Source: Macrostomum lignano
Lineage: Eukaryota
Direction of reading: 5' to 3'
Length of the DNA stretch: 64,000 nucleotides
Assembly (NCBI GenBank): GCA_002269645.1
Contig: NIVC01000540.1
Span: 124,001-188,000, forward strand
In this document: positions 52,232 to 64,000 of the stretch, piece after piece
Position numbering within the stretch: the first letter of the stretch is position 1
Layout: the number at the start of each line of letters is the position of its first letter
Program-made: the position numbers and the translations under genes
The notes under the pieces: generated by a model
What the model was told of the DNA's origin: nothing
What the model saw: the letters and a program-made list of their open reading frames with translations, nothing else
The model's database searches: none

Positions 52232-55200
52232 CGCAAACCTTGTCTCGTCGTCGACCTCCTCTTTGACGCGCGTCGCCTACCGTTCCTGGTCGATACTGGC
52301 GCTGCAGCATCTATCATCCCACCGCAGTACTTATCCCATAACGTCCAGGCAACAGGATTCCGATTAACCACCGCCACAGGTGAGACCATTCCTGTTGTCG
52401 GCGAAATCTCCCTGGAAGTCGCCATTAAAGGACTGCGTCGCGCCTATCGATGGACTTTCATAGTGGCCTCCGTCGTTCACCCCATCTTCGGCTACGATTT
52501 TCTGTCGCATTTCGGTCTCTTGGTCGACTGCAAAGCTCGACAGCTGGTGGATCCGACAACTACATTCCATACTCCACCGCTGCCCGTCACTACGACGACC
52601 ATCGGCAACTTCAGCGTCACTCCGAACTACCCCGACGACTGCGATCCACGCGTCAGGCGGCTGATCGACCGATTTCAGGATACCTTTACCTACGTGGAGG
52701 GAGGTCGGCTGCCGCCGGCGGACGTGATCAAGCACGACACTGTTCATAGGATCGACACCGGCGGACATCAGCCAGTGCACGCCAGAGCGCGTCAGCTTCA
52801 TCCGGAGAAACTTCGCATCGCTCGCGAAGAATTCCAGCAACTCATCGATGCCGGGTACATCCGTCCATCCAAGAGTTCATGGGCTTCGCCACTCCACATG
52901 GTTCCGAAGAAATCAGACGGCAAACCATCTGGCAAGTGGCGACCGTGTGGCGACTACCGAGCGCTCAACAGCGCTACCAAGCCAGACAGCTACCCGGTCC
53001 CACACATCCAGAGTTTCACGCGTTATCTCCATGGCGCGACGGTGTTCAGCAAGCTCGATCTGGTTCGCGCTTACCATCAGATACCCATCGCGGAAGAGGA
53101 CATCGCCAAGACTGCCATCATCACGCCGTTTGGCCTCTTTGAGTGGACTAGGATGCCATTCGGACTTCGCAACGCCGAGCAGACCTTCCAGCGCTTCATC
53201 GACTCCGTCCTGCGCGGCCTGCCTTGCGTCATCGCCTACTTGGATGACCTTCTGGTCTACTCGAGGTCGGAGGAGGAGCATCTCCAACATCTAGAAGCCG
53301 TGTTGACCCGCCTAGCTCATCACGGCTTGAAGGTTCAGCTCAGCAAGTGTGTTTTCCTTAAGAGCGAAGTCACCTTTCTCGGCCACCACGTTTCCGCCGA
53401 CGGAATCCGACCTCTCGAAACGAGGGTCGAGACCATCAAAAACTGGCCGGTTCCCCGCGACGCTGCTGCCCTGCGACGTTTCCTCGGCGTGATCGGTTTC
53501 TACCGACGTTTCATCTCCGGTTTCGCATCCACCGCAGCCCCATTGCAGGATCTGCTCACCGCAGCACTACGGTCTCCTCGATCCTACCAATGGAGCGACA
53601 TCCACCAAGCCGCATTCGACGACCTCAAGAAGAAGCTCGCCGAGCGTCTCCTGCTGTACCACCCCGATCCAGACTGCTCGGCCTATCAGCTGGTCACGGA
53701 TGCCTCTGCTACCAGCGTCGGAGCCGCATTGCATCAGACAGTCGGAGAGCAGACCACCTTGATCGGCATGTTCAGCAAGAAGCTCTCTGCCGCCCAGCGA
53801 GCCTATTCAGCATTTGATCGAGAGCTACTAGCCGCTTACCTTGCCGTGCTTCACTTCCGGAACCTGATCGAGGGCAGGCACGTCACGGTCTTCACAGATC
53901 ACAAGCCTCTCGAGCAGGCATTCCGACACAACTCCCACGGCAACTCCGACCGCAACCAGCGCTACATGAGCATCCTGTCTGAGTACGTCACCGACTTTCA
54001 ATATATCCGTGGCTCGGACAACGTCGTCGCCGATGCACTTTCCAGACTCGACGAACCGACCGCCATCGCAGCCATCCAGCAGGGAGCAGCGCCAACTGAC
54101 CTGTCAGCAATCGCCGATCAGCAAGCCGCCGACAACCTCTCCGAATCAGACCATTGCCGCTTCTTTCCACTTGGAGACGGCCGTCGCGTACTCTGCGAGA
54201 CCTCCACGGGTTACCCTCGCCCGGTCGTCCCCATCTCCATGCGTGAATCACTGCTGAAACATTTTCACGAACTCGGTCACTACGGATTCCGCAGGACCGC
54301 CAACCTGATCATCAGCCGCTACTACTGGACCGGCATGCGCGCAGAGATCAAGGTCTTTTGCAGGTCATGCGAGGTTTGTCAGCGCACCAAGATAGACCGC
54401 CACACGACGGCCGGCAGCGCTGCCTTTAACCTCCCATCCAACAGGTTCGAGACGGAACACATCGACATCGTCGGCCCTCTTCCAGTTCCCGAAAGGAATC
54501 ATGATACTCAGTGCGGTCTTACACCTCGGTATCTCCTTACCATGATTGACCGCAACACGGGCTGGCTAGAGGCCGCACCCCTCGAGACCGTCACAGCACA
54601 AAGCGTGGGAGCAGCCTTCATCGCTTCCTGGATTTCTCGCTTCGGAGTGCCCCTGTACGTCATCACTGATAGAGGACCACAGTTCGAGTCCGAGCTCTTC
54701 GAGACACTCTCGTCCACCGTGGGTTTTCACCGCCTACGCACCACAGCGTACCACCCACAGTGCAACGGGAAGATCGAGCGCGCCCACAGGACTCTGAAGA
54801 CGATGCTTAAGGCGCGCGGTCCTGCATGGCTCGACAACCTCCCATTGGCACTCCTCGCCATGCATGTCGCTCCGGACGATTCAGGCATCAGCCCATTTAC
54901 CAGGCTCACCGGCGAGCATCCAATGCTTCCACGGGTCATCGTCAGCGACAAAGATCCTAACTCCATTCAGATGAGCTTAGACCACCTCTTGGAGCAGCGA
55001 CCAAGAATGCCGTCCACCACACCGCATGTGCCTCAGGAGCTATGGTCGACCGACAAGGTTTGGGTCCGCGTGGACAGGGTGAGGAAGCCGTTGGAAGCGC
55101 CGTACTCCGGACCGTACCCAGTCATTCGGCGCACTCCCAAGTTTTTCATTATCGAGTTCCGCCCTGGTCACGAAGAAGCCATCTCCATCGACAGGCTCAA

Positions 55201-55435
55201 ACCCTGCAGGTCGACCCCAAGGCCACCGACACAGAGCAGGCCTAGGCAGACCGTACAGCCGACTTCAGGGCAGGAGGAAACCTCTACACCAGCAGGACAC
55301 CAGGACGACACGGAGGCCACACCAACATCCACTACAGCGAATACACCGAAAGTCGGCGAGGAGGCACCGACGACCCGAACAAGAAGTGGACGACGCGTCC
55401 GATTTAAAACCCAGGATGACTACTTTTACTTCTGA
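52172..55435 (+). CDS. pol: Gypsy Pol (protease, RT, RNase H, integrase) in the -1 frame relative to gag
   Basis: [22 protein letters not shown]...[36 protein letters not shown] motifs in one uninterrupted frame. Confidence 0.96.
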   Translation, partial: GKLPGTTHDAAVSSATDEAARKPCLVVDLLFDARRLPFLVDTGAAASIIPPQYLSHNVQATGFRLTTATGETIPVVGEISLEVAIKGLRRAYRWTFIVASVVHPIFGYDFLSHFGLLVDCKARQLVDPTTTFHTPPLPVTTTTIGNFSVTPNYPDDCDPRVRRLIDRFQDTFTYVEGGRLPPADVIKHDTVHRIDTGGHQPVHARARQLHPEKLRIAREEFQQLIDAGYIRPSKSSWASPLHMVPKKSDGKPSGKWRPCGDYRALNSATKPDSYPVPHIQSFTRYLHGATVFSKLDLVRAYHQIPIAEEDIAKTAIITPFGLFEWTRMPFGLRNAEQTFQRFIDSVLRGLPCVIAYLDDLLVYSRSEEEHLQHLEAVLTRLAHHGLKVQLSKCVFLKSEVTFLGHHVSADGIRPLETRVETIKNWPVPRDAAALRRFLGVIGFYRRFISGFASTAAPLQDLLTAALRSPRSYQWSDIHQAAFDDLKKKLAERLLLYHPDPDCSAYQLVTDASATSVGAALHQTVGEQTTLIGMFSKKLSAAQRAYSAFDRELLAAYLAVLHFRNLIEGRHVTVFTDHKPLEQAFRHNSHGNSDRNQRYMSILSEYVTDFQYIRGSDNVVADALSRLDEPTAIAAIQQGAAPTDLSAIADQQAADNLSESDHCRFFPLGDGRRVLCETSTGYPRPVVPISMRESLLKHFHELGHYGFRRTANLIISRYYWTGMRAEIKVFCRSCEVCQRTKIDRHTTAGSAAFNLPSNRFETEHIDIVGPLPVPERNHDTQCGLTPRYLLTMIDRNTGWLEAAPLETVTAQSVGAAFIASWISRFGVPLYVITDRGPQFESELFETLSSTVGFHRLRTTAYHPQCNGKIERAHRTLKTMLKARGPAWLDNLPLALLAMHVAPDDSGISPFTRLTGEHPMLPRVIVSDKDPNSIQMSLDHLLEQRPRMPSTTPHVPQELWSTDKVWVRVDRVRKPLEAPYSGPYPVIRRTPKFFIIEFRPGHEEAISIDRLKPCRSTPRPPTQSRPRQTVQPTSGQEETSTPAGHQDDTEATPTSTTANTPKVGEEAPTTRTRSGRRVRFKTQDDYFYF

Positions 55436-56525
55436 CATCACCTGACCTCATCTGTATTATAATCGCATCATGCTATTCATTCATTACAGGCTTTAGACCC
55501 GACCGTCGACATCTTCAGTGTATATAGCCCATTCGGCCATTTGTACATACTGTGCGATCATCATTCTATCTAGGGACTCCGTCTCCGGTGGGGGGGGACT
55601 ATTGTTGCAATGTTATTCCAATGTACCTAGTTTCTAGAAGTTTCCTTTCCCCTTCGCGCATTCTATACGAGTAAAATTTCCAAATTAAGTAAAAGAAATT
55701 TCTGCATTTTTCTTCGAATTTCCATAACAAAATATTTCTACGCGGAACCTTTACATATCTTATAGTTTAATTATTTGCCATATTCTTATTCAACGCATTT
55801 ATCCGTATTAGCTACAGTTTACATTATAATGTTGTATCTTTGTTATAATTCTAAAGAAATTTCCAGAACACCGTTAATTTTGCTATAAATATACACCAGG
55901 CAAACCCAGCTAATAAGCAAGTGTTTTTCCGGTAATCTCGATTATCGATAATAAATAATTGAACCACCGCTTTCAAGCCTCATTTATTTTTCAGACACGC
56001 TACAAATTGATTGTTAGGCTTCTATATTTTAGTATGCTGAAAAATAGTCTGTATGCAACATTATGTTTACGAGCTTATCAGAGTTCTCTTGGAAAGCCAT
56101 ATTAAATGAGCTAAGTGCCCAATAGACCCTAGCAACATAAAACTTTGCACGTCCATGTGACTCAGCTATGCGACCTATTATTTTTAGTCGGAATAGAAAA
56201 CTTTTTAATTTTTGCATCCTTGTCTATGCAGTACTTTATCTCAAAATGTTTCGTTAAAACTATTTTAGCCTTCGGGTTTGATGCTTCCAGGATATAATTT
56301 TGTAGCTGTGTAATGGTTTATTAACCAAAGTTTAATATATATTCCTTCTTTGAATGGCCTTTTCATATGCGCTCATACTATAACAACCATAAAGCTATCC
56401 CCATTCGAAATTCAGAGTGTAAATTATACGCAAAAATGGCTCGATGCGTAAGGAAATTTATAAAGTGAATTTTAGCCGCATTTTTTGTATTTACATGTAA
56501 GGATAACTCTGATTATTATAAAAAT

Positions 56526-57270
56526 AAAGCATTTTGCAGCCCATTTAGGCTTACGCGCATTTAATTTAATCCAAGATACGTTTGCCAATGTAACGGAGCT
56601 TTTGTCTATGGTAGCGAGGCTGGCGCAGCGGCATTAATTTGGTCCAACAAGCATCCATTTGGTCCAAACACTCGTGAGCCATTGGACAAACTCTTGCCTT
56701 CTCTCAACCGTCTGCAGGTTGTTGCGCACCGCTTGAATGTCAGCGTCTCTACCAGCAATTTTCAGTTGCTTTTCCAGAGCTCTGCTGATAGTCGAAATCT
56801 GATAACCAACTGGAGCTGTTCCCTCAACTTCTGCTGCATTTTCTGAAACGTCAACAAAGGGTTCGTCTCCACTGCATCGAGTAGCAGTTGGACCTGAGGC
56901 TCTCGAGCAACTTTCCTTGGCGATTGCCACCCTTTCGCAGGCAATCTCTGCCGGCAGAGTTTCAAGGCGCTGCTGGATGCTGTAAACCACCTTTTCTTTC
57001 ATTCAGCAACCTTGCAATGTCCTTTGGGTGTTCACCTCCGTCGAGTGCTTCGATCACAAGCCAATGACATTCGTTCAACAGCCTAGCATATGGTCCACAA
57101 TTCTGGGACTGAGCTGCAAATGAACTAAATGGACCAAATTGATGCTTGTTGGACCAAATTAAATGCCGCTGTGCCAGCCTTGCTACCATAGACAAAAGCT
57201 CCATTACTTTGACAAACATATCTTGGATTAAATTCAATGCGCGTAAGCCCAAATGGGCTGCAAAAAGCTA
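56526..57270 (-). mobile_element. Internally deleted Tc1/IS630-like DNA transposon, copy 2
   Basis: About 120-bp TIRs. Minus-strand remnants IEALDGGEHPKDIARLLN / KEKVVYSIQQRLET / RNNLQTVERRQEFVQWL; no DDE domain. Homologous to 3317-4041. Confidence 0.8.
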
Positions 57271-58335
57271 TATTCATGCCTGTTTTGAGATTTAGACTCA
57301 AATAAAACGTTCTACAATTTTTCTGTTGATCTCATTCACTTTAAACTCTATGGTCAGCCACGCTGTTCATTCGGATTTTCACGCAGTGTTGCCAGTGCAG
57401 GCCACGCTTAACTGTCATGACCATAGACTATTGGACTGGTAAAAAGTTCTGATAGTTAGCCACGCTATCCATTGGTTTTCTGGGGGTTAAAACGGTTCTA
57501 AAATTGGTAACCATTTTCACCCATTTCCGGGTCGAAGTTCCGCTTCTCTTATCTCTAACCCTTCAGCTTTATCGACCTTCCGAATTCTCAGACTGATTAA
57601 AAGTCAAGGAAGAAATACTGAAAAGCACATTAGTTTGTTTTCCAAAAGGATGGTAGCTTATGCAGCAAAAATTAGACCGATTGCCCAGTGCAAACGCTCT
57701 CGAGCAGCAGCGTTTATTAGCTAGATAATTCTTGTGAAGAATAATAAAAATCTCTCGCATTAAAGGATCCGATCCTTCTTTTAACGAAGAGATCAAAATT
57801 GCAACAGTTTCAATATGGCTGTTAGAAGGCGAATAGAGATCAAAAAGTAGGGTTAGCGCTGAAAGCAGTAAATTACGAGACTTTAACTTTTTTTCAAATA
57901 CTGGTAGTTTCAGAACCATGCACACTTACGTATAAAAAATTTCAAAGATAATTTTTTAAAACGAAGAAAAACAAAGAAAACTTGTTTTTTGTTATTAAAA
58001 TACAGAAAAGCATTGGTTTGAGCATAATATTTGTCTTTAAAGGTGTCTTAATAAACAGTCAAAAGCACTGAAGCATTTTAGAGATTTGGGATCATCAGAA
58101 AGAAGATGTAGCCTTCAGTTCACATTTTTTCGAAGCTTTTTGAACAAAAGCAATAAATTAAAAACCTTTCTACGGTGATTGACAGCAGTGCTGTATTGAC
58201 AGCAGTACTGTATTGACAGTAGTACTGTATTGACATGTGGGAATAGGGAAGACAGTCTATCCGTGAATAGGCAAATAAAAAGTGACGTCACTCGATGCTC
58301 ACAAATCTCGAGCACCCCATCAGTGAATCAGCTGA

Positions 58336-58856
58336 TCAGTACTCCTCCGGCTCCTCCTCGCCATTAACGGCCGTGTCGTACCCGACTTCCTCGTAGTCCT
58401 TCTCCAGGGCCGCCAGGTCCTCTCGGGCCTCGGCAAACTCGCCCTCCTCCATGCCCTCGCCGACGTACCAGTGTACGAAGGCTCGCTTCGAGTACATCAG
58501 ATCAAACTTGTGATCCAGACGGCTGAAAGCCTCAACAATAGCCGTTGTGTTGCTCAGCATGCACAGGGCGCGGGGCACCTTGGCCAGGTCGCCTCCGGGA
58601 ATGGTAGTGGGAGGCTGGTAGTTGATGCCCACCTTGAAGCCGGTTGGGCACCAGTCGACGAATCGGATGCCACGGCGAGTCTTGATTGTGGCGATGGCGG
58701 CGTTGACGTCCTTGGGGACGACGTCGCCGCGGTACAGCATGCAGCAGGCCATGTACTTGCCGTTGCGCGGGTCGCACTTCACCATCTGGTTCTGCGGATC
58801 GAAGGCGGCCGTGGTGATGTCCGCCACTGTCAGGGCCTCGTGGCGGGCCTTCTCGG
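58336..58856 (-). CDS. TUBA: Alpha-tubulin, last exon
   Basis: CAG acceptor at 58858-57, phase 1. [29 protein letters not shown]...EGMEEGEF...EEY*. Confidence 0.96.
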
Positions 58857-58974
58857 CTGCGGATGGTTGAGGGTGAGCGAAGGGATTCGTAATTTGGTGT
58901 CTCACTGGGTTCTATGCTAGGCTCTGGGAAATATTTGCTAATGGATTTTGGAATAAGCTGATCAAGGGACTCAC

Positions 58975-59885
58975 CGAAGGATTCGTCATGGATTCATCAA
59001 AGGAATCGTCAAGGGAATTCATCGAGGGATTCATCAAAGGAATCGTCAAGGGAATTCATCGAGGGATTCATCAAAGGAACCTTCAAGGGATTCATCAAGG
59101 GATTCGTCAAGGGATTGATTCATCAAGGGATTCATCAACGGATTCATCAAGGGATTCATCAAGGAATCGTCAAGGGAATTCATCGAGGGATTCATCAAAG
59201 GAACCTTCAAGGGATTCATCAAGGGATTCGTCAAGGGATTGATTCATCAAGGGATTCATCAACGGATTCATCAAGGGATTCATCAAGGAATCGTCAAGGG
59301 TTCATCGAGGGATTCATCAAAGGAACCTTCAAGGGATTCATCAAGGGATTCATCAAAGGAATCGTCAAGGGATTCATCAAGGAATTCACGAAGGGATTCT
59401 CGAAGGATTCGTCAAGAGATTCATCAAGGGATTCATCAAGGGATTCATCAAGGGATTCATCAAGGGATTCATCAAGGGATTCATCAAGGGATTCATCAAG
59501 GGATTCATCAAGGGATTCATCAAGGGATTCATCAAGGGATTCATCAAGGGATTCATCAAGGGATTCATCAAGGGATCGTCAAGGGATTCATCAAGGAATG
59601 CATCAAAGGAATCGTCAAGAGATTCATCGAGGGATTCATCAAAGGAACCTTCAAGGAATTCATCAAGGGATTCGTCAAGGGATTCATCAAGGGATTCATC
59701 AAGGGATTCATCAAGGGATTCATCAAGGGATTCATCAAGGGATTCATCAAGGGATTCATCGAGGGATTCATCAAGAGATTAATCAAGGGATTCATCAAGG
59801 GATTCATCAAGGGATTCATCAAAGGAATCGTCAAGGGATTCATCAAGGAATTCACGAAGGGATTCTCGAAGGATTCGTCAAGAGA
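58975..59885. repeat. 12-bp intronic minisatellite (GGGATTCATCAA)
   Basis: Direct periodicity with larger duplicated variant blocks. Confidence 0.95.
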
Positions 59886-60439
59886 TTTTCAGATAAGTTA
59901 ATACTCATCAATAGGAAATATACGAGGACGGGTAGTGATATACAGGACGGGTAGGTATACGGGTAATGAGTCACACAAATTTTTAAAAAAATTGGTTTGA
60001 ATTCGATACGAAGAACTGCGCCCCGACCAACTATCAAAACTACTCGTAAAATTGGTAAACAAAGGATAGCCAGGCCCCACGTTGGCACCCGAATTCAAAC
60101 GGTACCAAATTGCTATTTTTAGCCCAGTGTTTACATTTCACGTCAGTAATCTAGCCGGATTTCAGTTCAAAGCCATTTTTCTGTAGGTACAGATGTTATA
60201 GCGATGAAAGTCTACCTCGCTACAAACAGAATATATAGCATTTAGCGAACATCAGTAGGTATACTTGCTGGTAAACAGTCCCAACTAGTGGCTGAGGGGT
60301 CTGACCTGTGAGGTATAGATATAACTGACTAATTGAACTATGCACGATATGTATAGCTCGTATATATCTCTGAATGAAAACAGCAACTGCATCTGCGGTC
60401 AAATTTACTTTCACTCTCGCTGTACTTACTGTCATTCCA

Positions 60440-60705
60440 GCGTCGCTCTCAGTGCCACTCTCAGTGTCACTCTCAGTGTCACTATCAGTGTCCCCCTGCG
60501 TCACACTCGGCGTCACTCTGTGTCATTATCAGTCTCTCTCTGTGTCACTCTCAGTGCCACTCTCAGTGTCACTCTTAGTGTCACTCCCTGTGTCACTCTC
60601 AGTGCCACTCTTAGTGTCACCATCAGTGTCTCTCCCTGGGTCACTATCAATGTCACTCTCAGTGTCACTTTTTAGTGTCACTCCTTGTGCCACTCTCAGT
60701 GTTTT
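60440..60705. repeat. 12-bp degenerate minisatellite (CACTCTCAGTGT)
   Basis: Direct periodicity. Confidence 0.85.
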
Positions 60706-60717
60706 ATAACCGTGTCA

Positions 60718-61625
<908 letters not shown>

Positions 61626-61692
61626 TATTTCACTGTCTTCCTATCTTGTACCCGCTCATATTTTCAAATTAATATTCCCCTATCAGTCTCAC

Positions 61693-61994
61693 CCTAGGCG
61701 CCGGGTAGATGGCGAACTCCAGCTTAGACTTCTTGCCGTATTCAACAGACAGGCGCTCCATGAGCAGGGAGGTGAAGCCGGAGCCGGTGCCGCCGCCGAA
61801 GCTGTGGAACACCAGGAAGCCCTGCAGGCCGGAGCAGCTGTCAGCAGTTTTTCTCAGCCGGTCGATGACCAGATCAATCATCTCCTTGCCGACTGTGTAG
61901 TGACCGCGGGCGTAGTTGTTAGCCGCGTCCTCCTTGCTGCTGATAAGCTGCTCCGGGTGGAACAGCTGCTTCGAGGCCGAGTTCTTGATCGTGT
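61693..61994 (-). CDS. TUBA: Alpha-tubulin internal exon (about residues 76-176); upstream exon(s) not in this window
   Basis: [24 protein letters not shown]...[18 protein letters not shown] acceptor at 61996-95 (phase 1), GTGAGA donor at 61692. Confidence 0.95.
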
Positions 61995-62018
61995 CTGGTG
62001 CATGTGACGGGAGGAGGG

Positions 62019-62471
<453 letters not shown>

Positions 62472-64000
62472 GTAGATAGCGAGAAAGAGCGAGCGAAGCG
62501 AGCTCTTTCGAGCTTGCTTGCCGCAGCCAATCAAGCTGAATGCACGCACACAAGATCACCGGAAACGATTAAGGCAGCTGGAAAGCCAATGGGCGCGGTA
62601 AGCGCTTTTATCCAGAGGAACTACCTGCTGGAACCAGCCTGCCGTTCGAAAATCAGACTACTCAAGTAGTGCAAAAGAGTGCGAGCAACTACCGAGAAAT
62701 CTAATTTTCGTAACCGCTCCGGTGCAGGTCCTGGCAATAGATGGTAGATAGCGAGAAAGAGCGAGCGAAGCGAGCTCTTTCGAGCTTGCTTGCCGCAGCC
62801 AATCAAGCTGAATGCACGCACACAAGATCACCGGAAACGATTAAGGCAGCTGGAAAGCCAATGGGCGCGGTAAGCGCTTTTATCCAGAGGAACTACCTGC
62901 TGGAACCAGCCTGCCGTTCGAAAATCAGACTACTCAAGTAGTGCAAAAGAGTGCGAGCAACTACCGAGAAATCTAATTTTCGTAACCGCTCCGGTGCAGG
63001 TCCTGGCAATAGATGGTAGATAGCGAGAAAGAGCGAGCGAAGCGAGCTCTTTCGAGCTTGCTTGCCGCAGCCAATCAAGCTGAATGCACGCACACAAGAT
63101 CACCGGAAACGATTAAGGCAGCTGGAAAGCCAATGGGCGCGGTAAGCGCTTTTATCCAGAGGAACTACCTGCTGGAACCAGCCTGCCGTTCGAAAATCAG
63201 ACTACTCAAGTAGTGCAAAAGAGTGCGAGCAACTACCGAGAAATCTAATTTTCGTAACCGCTCCGGTGCAGGTCCTGGCAATAGATGGTAGATAGCGAGA
63301 AAGAGCGAGCGAAGCGAGCTCTTTCGAGCTTGCTTGCCGCAGCCAATCAAGCTGAATGCACGCACACAAGATCACCGGAAACGATTAAGGCAGCTGGAAA
63401 GCCAATGGGCGCGGTAAGCGCTTTTATCCAGAGGAACTACCTGCTGGAACCAGCCTGCCGTTCGAAAATCAGACTACTCAAGTAGTGCAAAAGAGTGCGA
63501 GCAACTACCGAGAAATCTAATTTTCGTAACCGCTCCGGTGCAGGTCCTGGCAATAGATGGTAGATAGCGAGAAAGAGCGAGCGAAGCGAGCTCTTTCGAG
63601 CTTGCTTGCCGCAGCCAATCAAGCTGAATGCACGCACACAAGATCACCGGAAACGATTAAGGCAGCTGGAAAGCCAATGGGCGCGGTAAGCGCTTTTATC
63701 CAGAGGAACTACCTGCTGGAACCAGCCTGCCGTTCGAAAATCAGACTACTCAAGTAGTGCAAAAGAGTGCGAGCAACTACCGAGAAATCTAATTTTCGTA
63801 ACCGCTCCGGTGCAGGTCCTGGCAATAGATGGTAGATAGCGAGAAAGAGCGAGCGAAGCGAGCTCTTTCGAGCTTGCTTGCCGCAGCCAATCAAGCTGAA
63901 TGCACGCACACAAGATCACCGGAAACGATTAAGGCAGCTGGAAAGCCAATGGGCGCGGTAAGCGCTTTTATCCAGAGGAACTACCTGCTGGAACCAGCCT
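62472..64000. repeat. 272-bp tandem array, at least 5.6 apparently identical copies, running off the window
   Basis: Unit starts GTAGATAGCGAGAAAGAGCGAGCGAAGCGAGC at 62472, 62744 and so on; identical track ORFs recur every 272 bp. Confidence 0.97.

Larger units (their letters stand above)
50765..56004 (+). mobile_element. Full-length Ty3/Gypsy LTR retrotransposon, 5240 bp
   Basis: 402-bp LTRs at 50765-51166 and 55603-56004 (TGT...ACA), identical by eye. 4-bp TSD AATT. PBS-like TGGTCCGGTGAGG 2 nt after the 5' LTR; G-run polypurine tract just before the 3' LTR. Confidence 0.97.

Noticed and set aside
62621-63909. Repeated 66-aa ORFs on both strands
   Set aside because: They recur only because of the 272-bp periodicity; no recognisable domain.
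62472-64000. 272-bp unit as a hammerhead retrozyme or 5S rRNA array
   Set aside because: No CTGANGA core on either strand. The GATCACCGGAA...TTAAG resemblance to 5S is too short and the rest does not fit. An Rfam scan would be decisive.

Overview
Eukaryotic (metazoan) genomic DNA with spliced genes, very dense simple repeats and many transposons. A lophotrochozoan, possibly a free-living flatworm such as Macrostomum, is my inference from the gene types and repeat-filled introns; it is not proven. Host genes: a rhodopsin-class, melatonin-receptor-like GPCR with an in-frame stop (849-2735, +); an ERR-like nuclear receptor (26006-30758, +); a nicotinic-family Cys-loop subunit with an anion-channel Pro-Ala motif (39303-47826, +); and the last three exons of a divergent alpha-tubulin (61994-58336, -). 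Mobile elements, most delimited by TIRs or LTRs plus target-site duplications read from the sequence: a three-level nest Merlin > hAT > mariner (9171-12154); two identical 300-bp hAT MITEs; a 6045-bp hAT-like element with a 7-bp TSD; two copies of a 4-bp-TSD MITE; two internally deleted Tc1-like elements; a frameshifted piggyBac; and a young, intact Ty3/Gypsy element with identical 402-bp LTRs and a -1 frameshift signal with a predicted pseudoknot. The 6045-bp element encodes an intact 4-exon, 1171-aa DDE transposase ending in an RG-rich tract and a Spindlin (Spin/Ssty)-like Tudor domain; this is the best candidate for an undescribed system. All large introns carry their own minisatellite, and the window ends in a homogeneous 272-bp tandem array inside a tubulin intron. 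All analysis was by eye; no database searches were run.
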